From Bacteriovoracaceae bacterium UBA4096 (GTDB taxonomy: Bacteria; Bdellovibrionota; Bacteriovoracia; Bacteriovoracales; Bacteriovoracaceae): DNA of 64,000 nucleotides. Below are positions 1-8,112 of the stretch, in pieces. The stretch spans positions 24,824 through 88,823 of the forward strand of contig DFXY01000004.1 of the NCBI GenBank assembly GCA_002381945.1, read 5' to 3'. Within the stretch, counting starts at the first letter, position 1; each line of letters starts with the position of its first letter. Under the pieces are notes generated by a model. That model worked only from the letters and a program-made list of their open reading frames with translations. It was not told where the DNA came from and searched no databases. The position numbers were made by a program, and so were the translations under genes.

Positions 1-718
1 TACCATTATTCCAGTCTGGTTCATTGGATTGACATTATATCAAAGGATCTATGCCTGTGCTGATGAAAAAGCTGCTAAGAAGGCCTGGTTTATTGCCGGA
101 CTTTTAGAGTGGCCGATTATGGCACTTATGGGCACCGTTTTAGGACTTCTGGCCCGTGTGGCCTATGATACAGGTCTTTTCACTTCAATCGGTCATCCAG
201 CAGGAAGCGGACTGGATGTAGAAATGGCCTTACCTCTTTTATTGAAACAAAGTTTACTTCCCGGTTTTCTGGGGCTGGTTCTTGCTGCTTATTTCTCGGC
301 CATTCTCTCAACTGCTGATAGCTGTCTCATGGCAGCTTCCGGTAGTATCATGTCTGATCTTTACTTGAGATTCTCAAAAAAACAAAAACCTAATTTGGTG
401 CGAGTTTCTCAAATAGCTACATTTGTCATTGGTTTATTTTCACTGGTACTCGCCACACGCTTCACCAATGTTCTGAATCTGATGTTGCTCTCATATGGAG
501 TCATGGTCTCAGGCCTGTTTATTCCAGTGATTGGGGCCTTGGTTTTAAAAAAACTCTCCCCTGCTCAGGGTTTCATCAGCATTATTCTCGGCGGTGGTGT
601 TACTCTTTACGGTGAAATCAGCGGCACTCTGGAAGTACCTATCATATGGGGATTAAGTGCTTCTTTGTTCGGTTTTTTTCTGGGGAAAATTACTGCAAAA
701 ACCAACAACGAGGTCTAG
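1..718 (+). CDS. Sodium:solute symporter (SSS) family transporter, C-terminal part (5' end lies outside the window)
   Basis: The frame is open from nt 2 with no stop before the listed TTG at 29, so the gene is cut by the window edge. It has multiple hydrophobic helices. 'LYQRIYACADEKAAKKAWF' resembles the conserved SSS segment. Confidence 0.6.
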   Translation, partial: TIIPVWFIGLTLYQRIYACADEKAAKKAWFIAGLLEWPIMALMGTVLGLLARVAYDTGLFTSIGHPAGSGLDVEMALPLLLKQSLLPGFLGLVLAAYFSAILSTADSCLMAASGSIMSDLYLRFSKKQKPNLVRVSQIATFVIGLFSLVLATRFTNVLNLMLLSYGVMVSGLFIPVIGALVLKKLSPAQGFISIILGGGVTLYGEISGTLEVPIIWGLSASLFGFFLGKITAKTNNEV

Positions 719-1340
719 CTCCACCACGCCAGCCAGCGAGTAGTGTATCCAGGCGGCATTGGGCCTCTGGATAGCCATAATTAGTCCGATTCACTTGAGA
801 AGAATCGCAGCTCTCGAGTTTTGGCATAGGCTGTCTAGTCACTTCTGCATAGATCCGGGTTAAGTTAAGAGCAGCTTCCAAAAAACTTGCTTCATCCAGA
901 TCAAATGATTTGGCACAATTTCCTGTTGAATAATAATCGGCCTGGCCCTCAGTGGATGACCAACCATTGCGTGATTTAAGAGGAGGCCCACCTAGCAGAT
1001 GTCCTATTTCATGACAAAGCAATAGAGTGAAAGTATCTGAAGTCATGAAAGGATGCCCAAGCATTCCTCCCCAGACTGAAACAACAATATCCCTTTCATT
1101 TTTAATTATCTCAGCATTCACTCGAGGATTATGAGGTTCAAGTTTTATTATAAAATCCTGCTCCTTTGGCAGTTCTCTTACGATGACAGATTCAAACTTG
1201 GAAGCTGCCTCCTCAATCCCCTTCATATTAATATTGAGGTTAGCTGCAAACGACTTATTATTCGTTAGATCGGAGTCAGGAAGACATGCTCCCTGAACTC
1301 CGTAAGACATAAAAATCAAGATTAAAAAAATGACATTCAT
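690..1340 (-). CDS. Secreted putative zinc metalloprotease (HExxH)
   Basis: 216 aa with a signal peptide (MNVIFLILIFMSYGVQGAC). H110-E-I-G-H114 lies at nt 999-1013, followed by 'STEGQADYY' as a possible third-ligand Glu. The start overlaps the upstream stop (ATGA, 1337-1340). Confidence 0.6.
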   Translation of the reverse strand: MNVIFLILIFMSYGVQGACLPDSDLTNNKSFAANLNINMKGIEEAASKFESVIVRELPKEQDFIIKLEPHNPRVNAEIIKNERDIVVSVWGGMLGHPFMTSDTFTLLLCHEIGHLLGGPPLKSRNGWSSTEGQADYYSTGNCAKSFDLDEASFLEAALNLTRIYAEVTRQPMPKLESCDSSQVNRTNYGYPEAQCRLDTLLAGWRGGARPRCWFLQ

Positions 1341-2029
1341 CTACGATCACCCAAATGAATGATACTATTGAACGATTTTCCATCCATAGTTCTGATATAA
1401 ATCAAAGGATCTTGTGACTTTAACTCTCCAAAATTCAATTTTACAGGATAAGAGACAGGAATCATTTTCATTGGGCAAAAGCTAGAGACTTGTTTCATGA
1501 CAGGAAGAACAGAAAGAGTATCCTTACCATTACTGAGAACATCAATTCTGTCTAATTCGATACAAGGACTATAGCGCCAGCCATGGAGAACATAGTCGTT
1601 GGGACCTTTCTTTTCAATATTATCAATGGCGGCATAGAGATGATCATCGACTGAATTAGAATCGGCTTCAGTTACAACCAAATTATCTTTCAACACTCCA
1701 TTCACAGTAATCTGATAGTCTCCGCCCTGAAGATTCCCAACTGAAACAACTTCTTTAAACGGAACAATAATATCAGGGCAAGAAATCATCTTCTCTGAAT
1801 TAAGAGCACTTACTTCTACATTAATCTGATCATCAATTACATCAACCACAACTGTATTTCTAGAATAACAAGGATTAGGAAAATTCCCGGTGACGACAAC
1901 TTCAACAGTGTCATTGCTATCGAAGCCTTGTGGCACATATAAGTGTTTAACTGGTGCAGGACCTATGCTCGGAGCCGCAAATGCAAACTGAGAAAGAAGC
2001 ATTGAAAACAGGACAGTGTACTTATTCAT
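1337..2029 (-). CDS. Secreted 4-Cys two-domain protein of unknown function (paralogue of 11673-12389)
   Basis: 230 aa with a signal peptide. Long collinear similarity to the 238-aa ORF at 11673, e.g. 'HLYVPQGFDSNDTVEVVVTGNFPNPCY' vs 'HLFVPNGFDNNDNVEVIVTGQFPSPCY' and 'VGNLQGGDYQITVN' vs 'VGNLQGGDYEIIVN'. Confidence 0.7.
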   Translation of the reverse strand: MNKYTVLFSMLLSQFAFAAPSIGPAPVKHLYVPQGFDSNDTVEVVVTGNFPNPCYSRNTVVVDVIDDQINVEVSALNSEKMISCPDIIVPFKEVVSVGNLQGGDYQITVNGVLKDNLVVTEADSNSVDDHLYAAIDNIEKKGPNDYVLHGWRYSPCIELDRIDVLSNGKDTLSVLPVMKQVSSFCPMKMIPVSYPVKLNFGELKSQDPLIYIRTMDGKSFNSIIHLGDRR

Positions 2030-2139
2030 AAATAACCTCCAGGTTAATGCCCAGAATTTATAATAAGCATTTAGAGCTGGAACTGAGGCTTCTTAGTTAA
2101 GAGTATGATCATTGTCATATTGCCGCAAAGCGGGATAAC

Positions 2140-3210
2140 TCACTCATTTTTAAATTCCAAAGATTCAAAATACAGGGCCAGGTTTTTTATTTGAAGCGCA
2201 GTGAGTGTATGAACTGCTTTGTGCATAAGTTGAACGTGCTCTGACCCCCCTCTTTTTCTCTTCAAGAAAAGATCTAACTGAGTTGTGATGTAATCAGCTG
2301 GCTGCCCTCTTAGATCGGGGAAGTATGGTTTAGGAGTCAAGCCTCTTTCATCTGGACCATGGCACCCTATACATGAGGCGACATGCTGCTCAGGAATACC
2401 AATTCTTGCCAGCCGTGATCCTTCTTCGATTGCGGACTGATCTACGCTTTCCTTAACGAGCGGTCGTCTTTTTTGCTTACTGTAATGCAAGGCGAGTTCT
2501 TTAAGCATCTCAGATTCCAAATTATAAGTGACAATTTTCATGGTGCCGCTATGACGTTCACCTTTAGCATAGGCCTTAAGTGAGTTCTCCAGATATTCAG
2601 CATTCTGACCTGACAGAAGAGGAAATGCACCGGTTTGCCGGCCGTTTCCATCAAGACCATGGCAATGACTACAACTTCTTAGGACATCATGTTCAATTTT
2701 TTCTGAACCAGGAGCATGTACAAGATTCTGATAACTTTTCTGATCGAGCTTGGGAAATTGCAAAAGAAAAGCTACCATTGACCAGACTTCATCGTCCCTT
2801 TGCAGAGATGGCCATGCCGGCATACCGGTAAACTTAACTCCATGTTTTACAATACGAAATAATTCTTCCGGCTTCCATTCTTTGATAACCGGAGGCAAAT
2901 GAGGAATTTTAGGCGTAGTATGGAGACCGATGATGTTCGTTTTTTCCACACCTCCATGACATTGCTTGCAGCCTATTTCATAATGTCCCGCTCCCCTTTG
3001 AATCATCCTTTGATCTTCAAGATGAGGCGATTCTTTAGTCATTGTATAAGTAGAAACTGAACGCTTCATGGAAAATTCAAGAATCCAGGCGGTGACAGGC
3101 CAGTGGCCAGAACTGGCACTTATAGGAATCAAACCGGATATCATAACCACGGCACCGAGAGCTCCCATACTTATAAGAAATAAGATAATAGGCCTAAGCC
3201 AATTCTTCAT
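2140..3210 (-). CDS. Membrane-anchored trihaem c-type cytochrome
   Basis: 356 aa with an N-terminal TM helix. Three CxxCH motifs about 100 aa apart (CKQCH, CSHCH, CIGCH). It is the last gene of the oxidase operon and overlaps the upstream gene by 17 nt. Confidence 0.75.
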   Translation of the reverse strand: MKNWLRPIILFLISMGALGAVVMISGLIPISASSGHWPVTAWILEFSMKRSVSTYTMTKESPHLEDQRMIQRGAGHYEIGCKQCHGGVEKTNIIGLHTTPKIPHLPPVIKEWKPEELFRIVKHGVKFTGMPAWPSLQRDDEVWSMVAFLLQFPKLDQKSYQNLVHAPGSEKIEHDVLRSCSHCHGLDGNGRQTGAFPLLSGQNAEYLENSLKAYAKGERHSGTMKIVTYNLESEMLKELALHYSKQKRRPLVKESVDQSAIEEGSRLARIGIPEQHVASCIGCHGPDERGLTPKPYFPDLRGQPADYITTQLDLFLKRKRGGSEHVQLMHKAVHTLTALQIKNLALYFESLEFKNE

Positions 3211-3778
3211 ATTTTTTTTCCTTAAGTAGTTTCAGCGTAAGCCAAAGTCCGCCAGTTAAATATGATATGCCTCCCACAATCAGCATGATCACTCCACCAA
3301 TATGCTGATCATTAAGGTCATGGTGAATATAGAGTGGTCTGGATGAAAGGCTCAGTAACGCCCCTAGAAATGTCATATGCATTGAGGTCAACAGTAGTCC
3401 GATCACACCTGCGGCCTTGTTTCCAAATGAAGAAAGCCAGACCCAAACTCCTGCCAATAAAAACATCCCTTGCTCCAGTAAAAGACCCCAGAAAGTATGA
3501 CGAGCAAAAAGATGAAGTTTTGGCGCATGCCAGGCCCAAACAATAATAAGTTCCCCTACGGCCGCAGGGATAGGCGCAAACCACAAAGGAGAATTTGCAG
3601 TAGGATCAAACTTACCGCCAACAATACCTAAGGCCAGTAAAGGGGCGGCGACGGCCACAACCAACATATGCATAATCATATGGCCATAAAAAGCGGTCTT
3701 CGCTAGTTGGGGTAATGGCCCGGCCCATGCCAATAGTAAAAAAAGAAATCCTAACCCCAGACTAAAGTTCCGTGTCAT
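3194..3778 (-). CDS. ctaG: Cytochrome c oxidase assembly factor, CtaG (caa3-type) family membrane protein
   Basis: 194-aa polytopic membrane protein. 'HMIMHMLVVAVAAPLLALG' and a later 'HH' are typical of the Caa3_CtaG family as I recall it. It has 4-nt overlaps within the oxidase operon. Confidence 0.5.
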   Translation of the reverse strand: MTRNFSLGLGFLFLLLAWAGPLPQLAKTAFYGHMIMHMLVVAVAAPLLALGIVGGKFDPTANSPLWFAPIPAAVGELIIVWAWHAPKLHLFARHTFWGLLLEQGMFLLAGVWVWLSSFGNKAAGVIGLLLTSMHMTFLGALLSLSSRPLYIHHDLNDQHIGGVIMLIVGGISYLTGGLWLTLKLLKEKKYEELA

Positions 3779-4131
3779 TCACAGCTCCTGAAAACATAAA
3801 CCGCATAAGCATTATAAGTAATGGCAAGAAAACTAAGGCTGGAAATTAAAAGCTGAGTCAGACCTAAGAAACGTTCTCTTCCTTCCAGGGAATCTTTATG
3901 ATGGGCGTGAGTAGTGCTACTTCTATGTTTGCGATAACCAAGAAAAATTTGCAATGTCACAATACCTAAAGCGATAACAGTATAAATGGCCGTTAGATGT
4001 CTTACCTTGAGAAGATCTGTCCCCGGAAATTTAGCACACCAAATTGCCGCAGTAATATAAGCCGCAGTAAAATGCAGTGACCATATCACTGGTGAGAGGG
4101 CCAATAACCATAATGAATGTCTTGTTGTCAT
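3775..4131 (-). CDS. Small 3-TM membrane protein, possible oxidase subunit IV-like
   Basis: 118 aa with three hydrophobic helices, lying directly between ctaD and ctaG in the same operon. No diagnostic motif. Confidence 0.45.
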   Translation of the reverse strand: MTTRHSLWLLALSPVIWSLHFTAAYITAAIWCAKFPGTDLLKVRHLTAIYTVIALGIVTLQIFLGYRKHRSSTTHAHHKDSLEGRERFLGLTQLLISSLSFLAITYNAYAVYVFRSCE

Positions 4132-4132
4132 C

Positions 4133-6643
4133 TCACCTTCCTATTGCCGGAAAACCGGAAATAACCAGTGCAGTGATCACTCCCGTTACGGCCATGAAGC
4201 ATGCATAAAGAGAAACATTCGTTATGTCAGCATCATAGCGCGCTGTCATTCTTCCTGCCATTCTCCTTGCAAGACAATACAATTGCATTAGCGATCCAAG
4301 GACAGCATGTAAGGCCGTCCAAATAACGAGTACCCAGACAATGGCCTGATAAACATGCACCGTTGGATCCATCTTATGAACCCATGGGCCTGCCAGAAAA
4401 GCTATCCCTCCCGCTAACGACATTAAGCTCGCAACCAGTAAACATGCATAAAATCGTTTGGTCTTATTTTTCCGGTTCCACTGCCAGGATAACTTAGTCA
4501 GTATCCATGAGAATAAGAGCAGGCCAGCTCCTGTCACTGGCCAGAAAAATTCCGGTCCGGCAACCTGGGGAGGGAAGTTTTCTTGAACAGTCCAATAGAA
4601 GAAATATCCAAATATTAAAGAAATGAAGGCCGTCATGTCTGCCAGCATGGTTATAAACATGGCCCACCATCCGGCGGCCAGCGGTCCGGATTTATAAATA
4701 GGAAGGCTCACTCCCATTCCTACATTTTTCTCATCTTTTTCCGGGATCCAGGCAGTTCCAGTCCACAACCAGTAAACAATAAATACAACGGCCAGTACCC
4801 CGGAAATAATAGTGGGAATCCACCAGTGATAAGTGGCAAAAATAAAAAACCCTCCGGAAAATAAGGCCGCCAGATGGGTAACGAAAGTCGGACCGGGAAC
4901 CCTCATGCATTGGATGGGATGAGCGTCCAGGGTACTGGTGATTAATGTTTCCCGCATTTCTTCCTGTGCATCTGGAAGATAAAAATTTCCGTGATCAATA
5001 TCGTGTATAAAATTTGGCTGATCCCAAAGTGGATAACGAGTCTTAATGAGAGGAATTGAACGAACACCCCACATACGGTCAGGAATCTTCATCGCCCATT
5101 CCATCGTGCCAGCTCCCCAAGGATTTCTTTCTGAATAAGGCTGCTTGGACTTGGGCCTTAAAATATCCCAAAGTAAAACCAGAAAACCTGCTCCCAAAAT
5201 AAAGGCCCCGATAGTTGAGATGAGATTTAATCCCCCTATTCCCATTTCCGCTGGATAGGTATACACACGCCGGGGCATTCCTAAGAGGCCACTGGCATGC
5301 ATTGGGAAAAAGGTGACATTAAACCCAATAATCACAAGCCAGAAACAAAGCCTGCCAAGACGTTCTGAAAGTTTTTTGCCACTAACAATAGGAGCATAAT
5401 AATAAATGCCTGCCAGAATCGGAAATACACTTCCACCAATCAATACATAATGAAGGTGTCCGACTACAAAGAAAGTGTCATGCGCCTGAAAATCAAAAGG
5501 AGCAATCGCCACCATCACTCCGGTTAATCCTCCAATAACAAAAGTCGCCATGCCACCCAGTGCAAATAACATAGGAACTGATTTTATAAAATGCCCAGTC
5601 AGAAGTGTCGCGAGAAAACAAAAAAGTTGGACACCTGTTGGAATAGCGACCGCCTGAGAAGCGGCAGAAAAAATTCCGAGTGAAACACCAGGAAGTCCCG
5701 TCGTAAACATATGGTGAACCCATAATCCAAAACTTAAAAAGCCTGTCCCAACAGCAGATAACACAACCCAACTATGGCCTACAAGATGGACACGGGAAAA
5801 AGTAGGAATGATCGTGGCCAGAAGGGCTATGGATGGTAAGAAGATGATATAGACTTCCGGGTGACCGAAGATCCAGAACAAATGCTGCCATAAGAGTGGA
5901 TTACCTCCTCGCCTTTCATCAAAAAAAGGCCAGTCAAAAGCACGCTCCATCTCAAGTAAGATATCACCCGCAATAAGGGGGGGAAAAGCAAATAAGATCA
6001 TGATGGCAACAACCAAAATATACCACGCATAAATAGGCATAAGATTAATTCTCATACCAGGTGGCCTGCATTTTAAAATGCCTACAATAAGCTCCACTGC
6101 AGCGGCAATTGATGCAATTTCAATGAAAGTTAAACCTAAAAGCCAGATATCCGCCCCAACACCAGGTTGATAACTTGACGTGAGTGGCGGATACATAAAC
6201 CATCCACCTTTAGGAGCTGCCCCAAAAAAAAGCGAACCACAGACAAAAATCCCACCCAGAAGAAAACACCAATAGCCATAGGCAGACAAGCGAGGAAACG
6301 GAAGATCCCTTGCTCCCAGCATCTGAGGTAATAAGAGGATGGAAATGGCCTCAAAAATGGGAATGGCAAAAAGGAACATCATCACTGTTCCATGCATGGT
6401 GAAGATTTGATTATACTGATCGGCCGTCAAAAAATCATTATCAGGAACTGCTAATTGAACGCGGATCAAGAGCGCTAAAACACCTGCAAAGAAAAAAAAT
6501 CCAAGGGATGTAAGTGTATACCACATACCTACTTCTGAATTGTTGACCTCAGACCAATACCTCCAACCTTCAGGAACTTTCCAGGCCTTAAGAAGCCTTC
6601 TCTCCTGTCCTTCCCGAACTTCATCGATATCTTCTTCTTTCAT
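4133..6643 (-). CDS. ctaD: Cytochrome c oxidase subunit I fused to subunit III
   Basis: 836 aa. Haem-copper oxidase signatures 'WIFGHPEVYIIFLP', 'WVHHMFTTG' and 'VVGHLHYVLIGG'. A roughly 270-aa extra C-terminal polytopic domain is consistent with a subunit III fusion. Confidence 0.9.
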   Translation of the reverse strand: MKEEDIDEVREGQERRLLKAWKVPEGWRYWSEVNNSEVGMWYTLTSLGFFFFAGVLALLIRVQLAVPDNDFLTADQYNQIFTMHGTVMMFLFAIPIFEAISILLLPQMLGARDLPFPRLSAYGYWCFLLGGIFVCGSLFFGAAPKGGWFMYPPLTSSYQPGVGADIWLLGLTFIEIASIAAAVELIVGILKCRPPGMRINLMPIYAWYILVVAIMILFAFPPLIAGDILLEMERAFDWPFFDERRGGNPLLWQHLFWIFGHPEVYIIFLPSIALLATIIPTFSRVHLVGHSWVVLSAVGTGFLSFGLWVHHMFTTGLPGVSLGIFSAASQAVAIPTGVQLFCFLATLLTGHFIKSVPMLFALGGMATFVIGGLTGVMVAIAPFDFQAHDTFFVVGHLHYVLIGGSVFPILAGIYYYAPIVSGKKLSERLGRLCFWLVIIGFNVTFFPMHASGLLGMPRRVYTYPAEMGIGGLNLISTIGAFILGAGFLVLLWDILRPKSKQPYSERNPWGAGTMEWAMKIPDRMWGVRSIPLIKTRYPLWDQPNFIHDIDHGNFYLPDAQEEMRETLITSTLDAHPIQCMRVPGPTFVTHLAALFSGGFFIFATYHWWIPTIISGVLAVVFIVYWLWTGTAWIPEKDEKNVGMGVSLPIYKSGPLAAGWWAMFITMLADMTAFISLIFGYFFYWTVQENFPPQVAGPEFFWPVTGAGLLLFSWILTKLSWQWNRKNKTKRFYACLLVASLMSLAGGIAFLAGPWVHKMDPTVHVYQAIVWVLVIWTALHAVLGSLMQLYCLARRMAGRMTARYDADITNVSLYACFMAVTGVITALVISGFPAIGR

Positions 6644-7620
6644 TTTAATCCTTCAAGCCATTTTGCTAAGGCCTTTCGCTCTTCTATGGGAAGTCTTTTA
6701 AAGGAAGGCATCTTGGCTTCGGGTTTAATTAAATCAACATCATCAATCCAGCGATGTATTTGATTTGCATCGTTATTGAGAATGCCGGCCCCGATTCTTC
6801 TTCGGCTTCCAACATGAGTAAGATCTGGTCCAATTTTTCCCAGAGAACTTATTCCTCTTACGCTATGACAGGAAATGCATCCATTTGAGACAAAGGCAAC
6901 TTCACCAGGAGAACCAGTTCTCTTCACAGAGCGTTCTTGCTTTTTTAACCATTCATCAAAAACTTTTCTTTCGACAACTTTCACATCCAGTCGCATCAGG
7001 GCGTGTGAAGTACCGCAAAATTCAGCACAAGATCCCAGATAATGTCCGGTTTTAGTCGGCGTAAAACTTAAATGATTCGTTTGACCTGGAATCATATCAA
7101 TTTTGCCGGCCAGGGAAGGAACCCAGAATGAATGAATGACATCTTCACTCGATAGAAGGAACTGCACAGGCTCATTTACCGGCAACCAGATTTCATTGGC
7201 GACTTCAATTTCTTGATCATTAGCAAGTGGATACTTGACCCTCCACCACCATTGCAGTCCGCTGACTTTTACTACAACGCTTCCTTTGGGGGCCATTTTT
7301 ACAAGATCAGGTAATGGAGCAAGGCTGAAATAGATAGAAATGGTTATGATGATAACAGGAAAAATCACCCCACCACCAATGACAAACAGCCTCGTTTTTT
7401 TTAAATCATGAGGACCAGGTTTCACTAAAATGGCATAAAGCTCCAATGCCACAAATAGCAACCATATCGCTAAACCTGCTCCACATAACCACCAAAACAT
7501 GCTCGAGATTGTTCGGGCAGCACTCCCCGCGGGCCCAAGCGCCGAATAGGGTCCCTGGCAGGAAATAAGCAGAAACAAAAACAGATATTCCGCTTTAAGT
7601 TGCTTCATTCTTTTATCCAC
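6640..7620 (-). CDS. ctaC: Cytochrome c oxidase subunit II with C-terminal cytochrome c domain (caa3-type)
   Basis: 326 aa. CuA centre 'HSFWVPSLAGK...CAEFCGTSHALM', followed by a CISCH haem-c motif. 4-nt overlap with ctaD. Confidence 0.9.
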   Translation of the reverse strand: MDKRMKQLKAEYLFLFLLISCQGPYSALGPAGSAARTISSMFWWLCGAGLAIWLLFVALELYAILVKPGPHDLKKTRLFVIGGGVIFPVIIITISIYFSLAPLPDLVKMAPKGSVVVKVSGLQWWWRVKYPLANDQEIEVANEIWLPVNEPVQFLLSSEDVIHSFWVPSLAGKIDMIPGQTNHLSFTPTKTGHYLGSCAEFCGTSHALMRLDVKVVERKVFDEWLKKQERSVKRTGSPGEVAFVSNGCISCHSVRGISSLGKIGPDLTHVGSRRRIGAGILNNDANQIHRWIDDVDLIKPEAKMPSFKRLPIEERKALAKWLEGLK

Positions 7621-7701
7621 CCGCAGAAAGTTTTATTACGACTGAATGATTTTGGGTCCTCTATTCTTTCTCAATTTTTATTCCGAGGTGCTCAAAAAGA
7701 A

Positions 7702-7977
7702 TTATAGAAGCGGATCTTTTAATTCAGTATAACTCACAACATCCTCAACACCGTCTATTCCTTCAACCAGAGACTTAATGGTGGCGCGTGTTTGTTCACT
7801 CTCAACTGAGCCGGTTAAAAAAACAAAACAATCTTTCACTGTGATTTCCACGTGAGATGAATCAATCTCAACGTGCTTATCTAGTTGTTCAAGAATAAAA
7901 CGCTTCAGGTTCCGGTCAGAAAGCGAGTTATTCTCTGCTGGTGCGTCATCTAAAGGTCCTTGATGGCCAGGACTCAT
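7702..7977 (-). CDS. BON domain protein
   Basis: 91 aa. 'VEITVKDCFVFLTGSVESEQTRATIKSLVEGIDGVEDVVS' fits the BON pattern (V-x-V-x-G-x-V-x-L-x-G-x-V ... G-V-x-x-V). Confidence 0.6.
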   Translation of the reverse strand: MSPGHQGPLDDAPAENNSLSDRNLKRFILEQLDKHVEIDSSHVEITVKDCFVFLTGSVESEQTRATIKSLVEGIDGVEDVVSYTELKDPLL

Positions 7978-8112
7978 GATTCACCTCCTGTTACATTGTT
8001 TTCAGCAGGAACAGTGCCAAGTTAAAAAATTAAGGGCATATGCCGTGACAAATCAAACTGAACTATAGAAGAATAAATTGGTTCACTAATTGTAATGTAA
8101 AGAAACAAGTTC

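Noticed and set aside
2580-3584. ORFs 2580-2831 (+), 3334-3546 (+) and 3318-3584 (-) within the cytochrome c and ctaG genes.
   Set aside because: They overlap better-supported operon genes, and none has a signal, motif or RBS.
5493-6369. Minus-strand ORFs 5493-5771 and 6136-6369 inside ctaD.
   Set aside because: They are alternative frames of the same strand within a gene whose main frame carries unambiguous haem-copper oxidase motifs. They are spurious.
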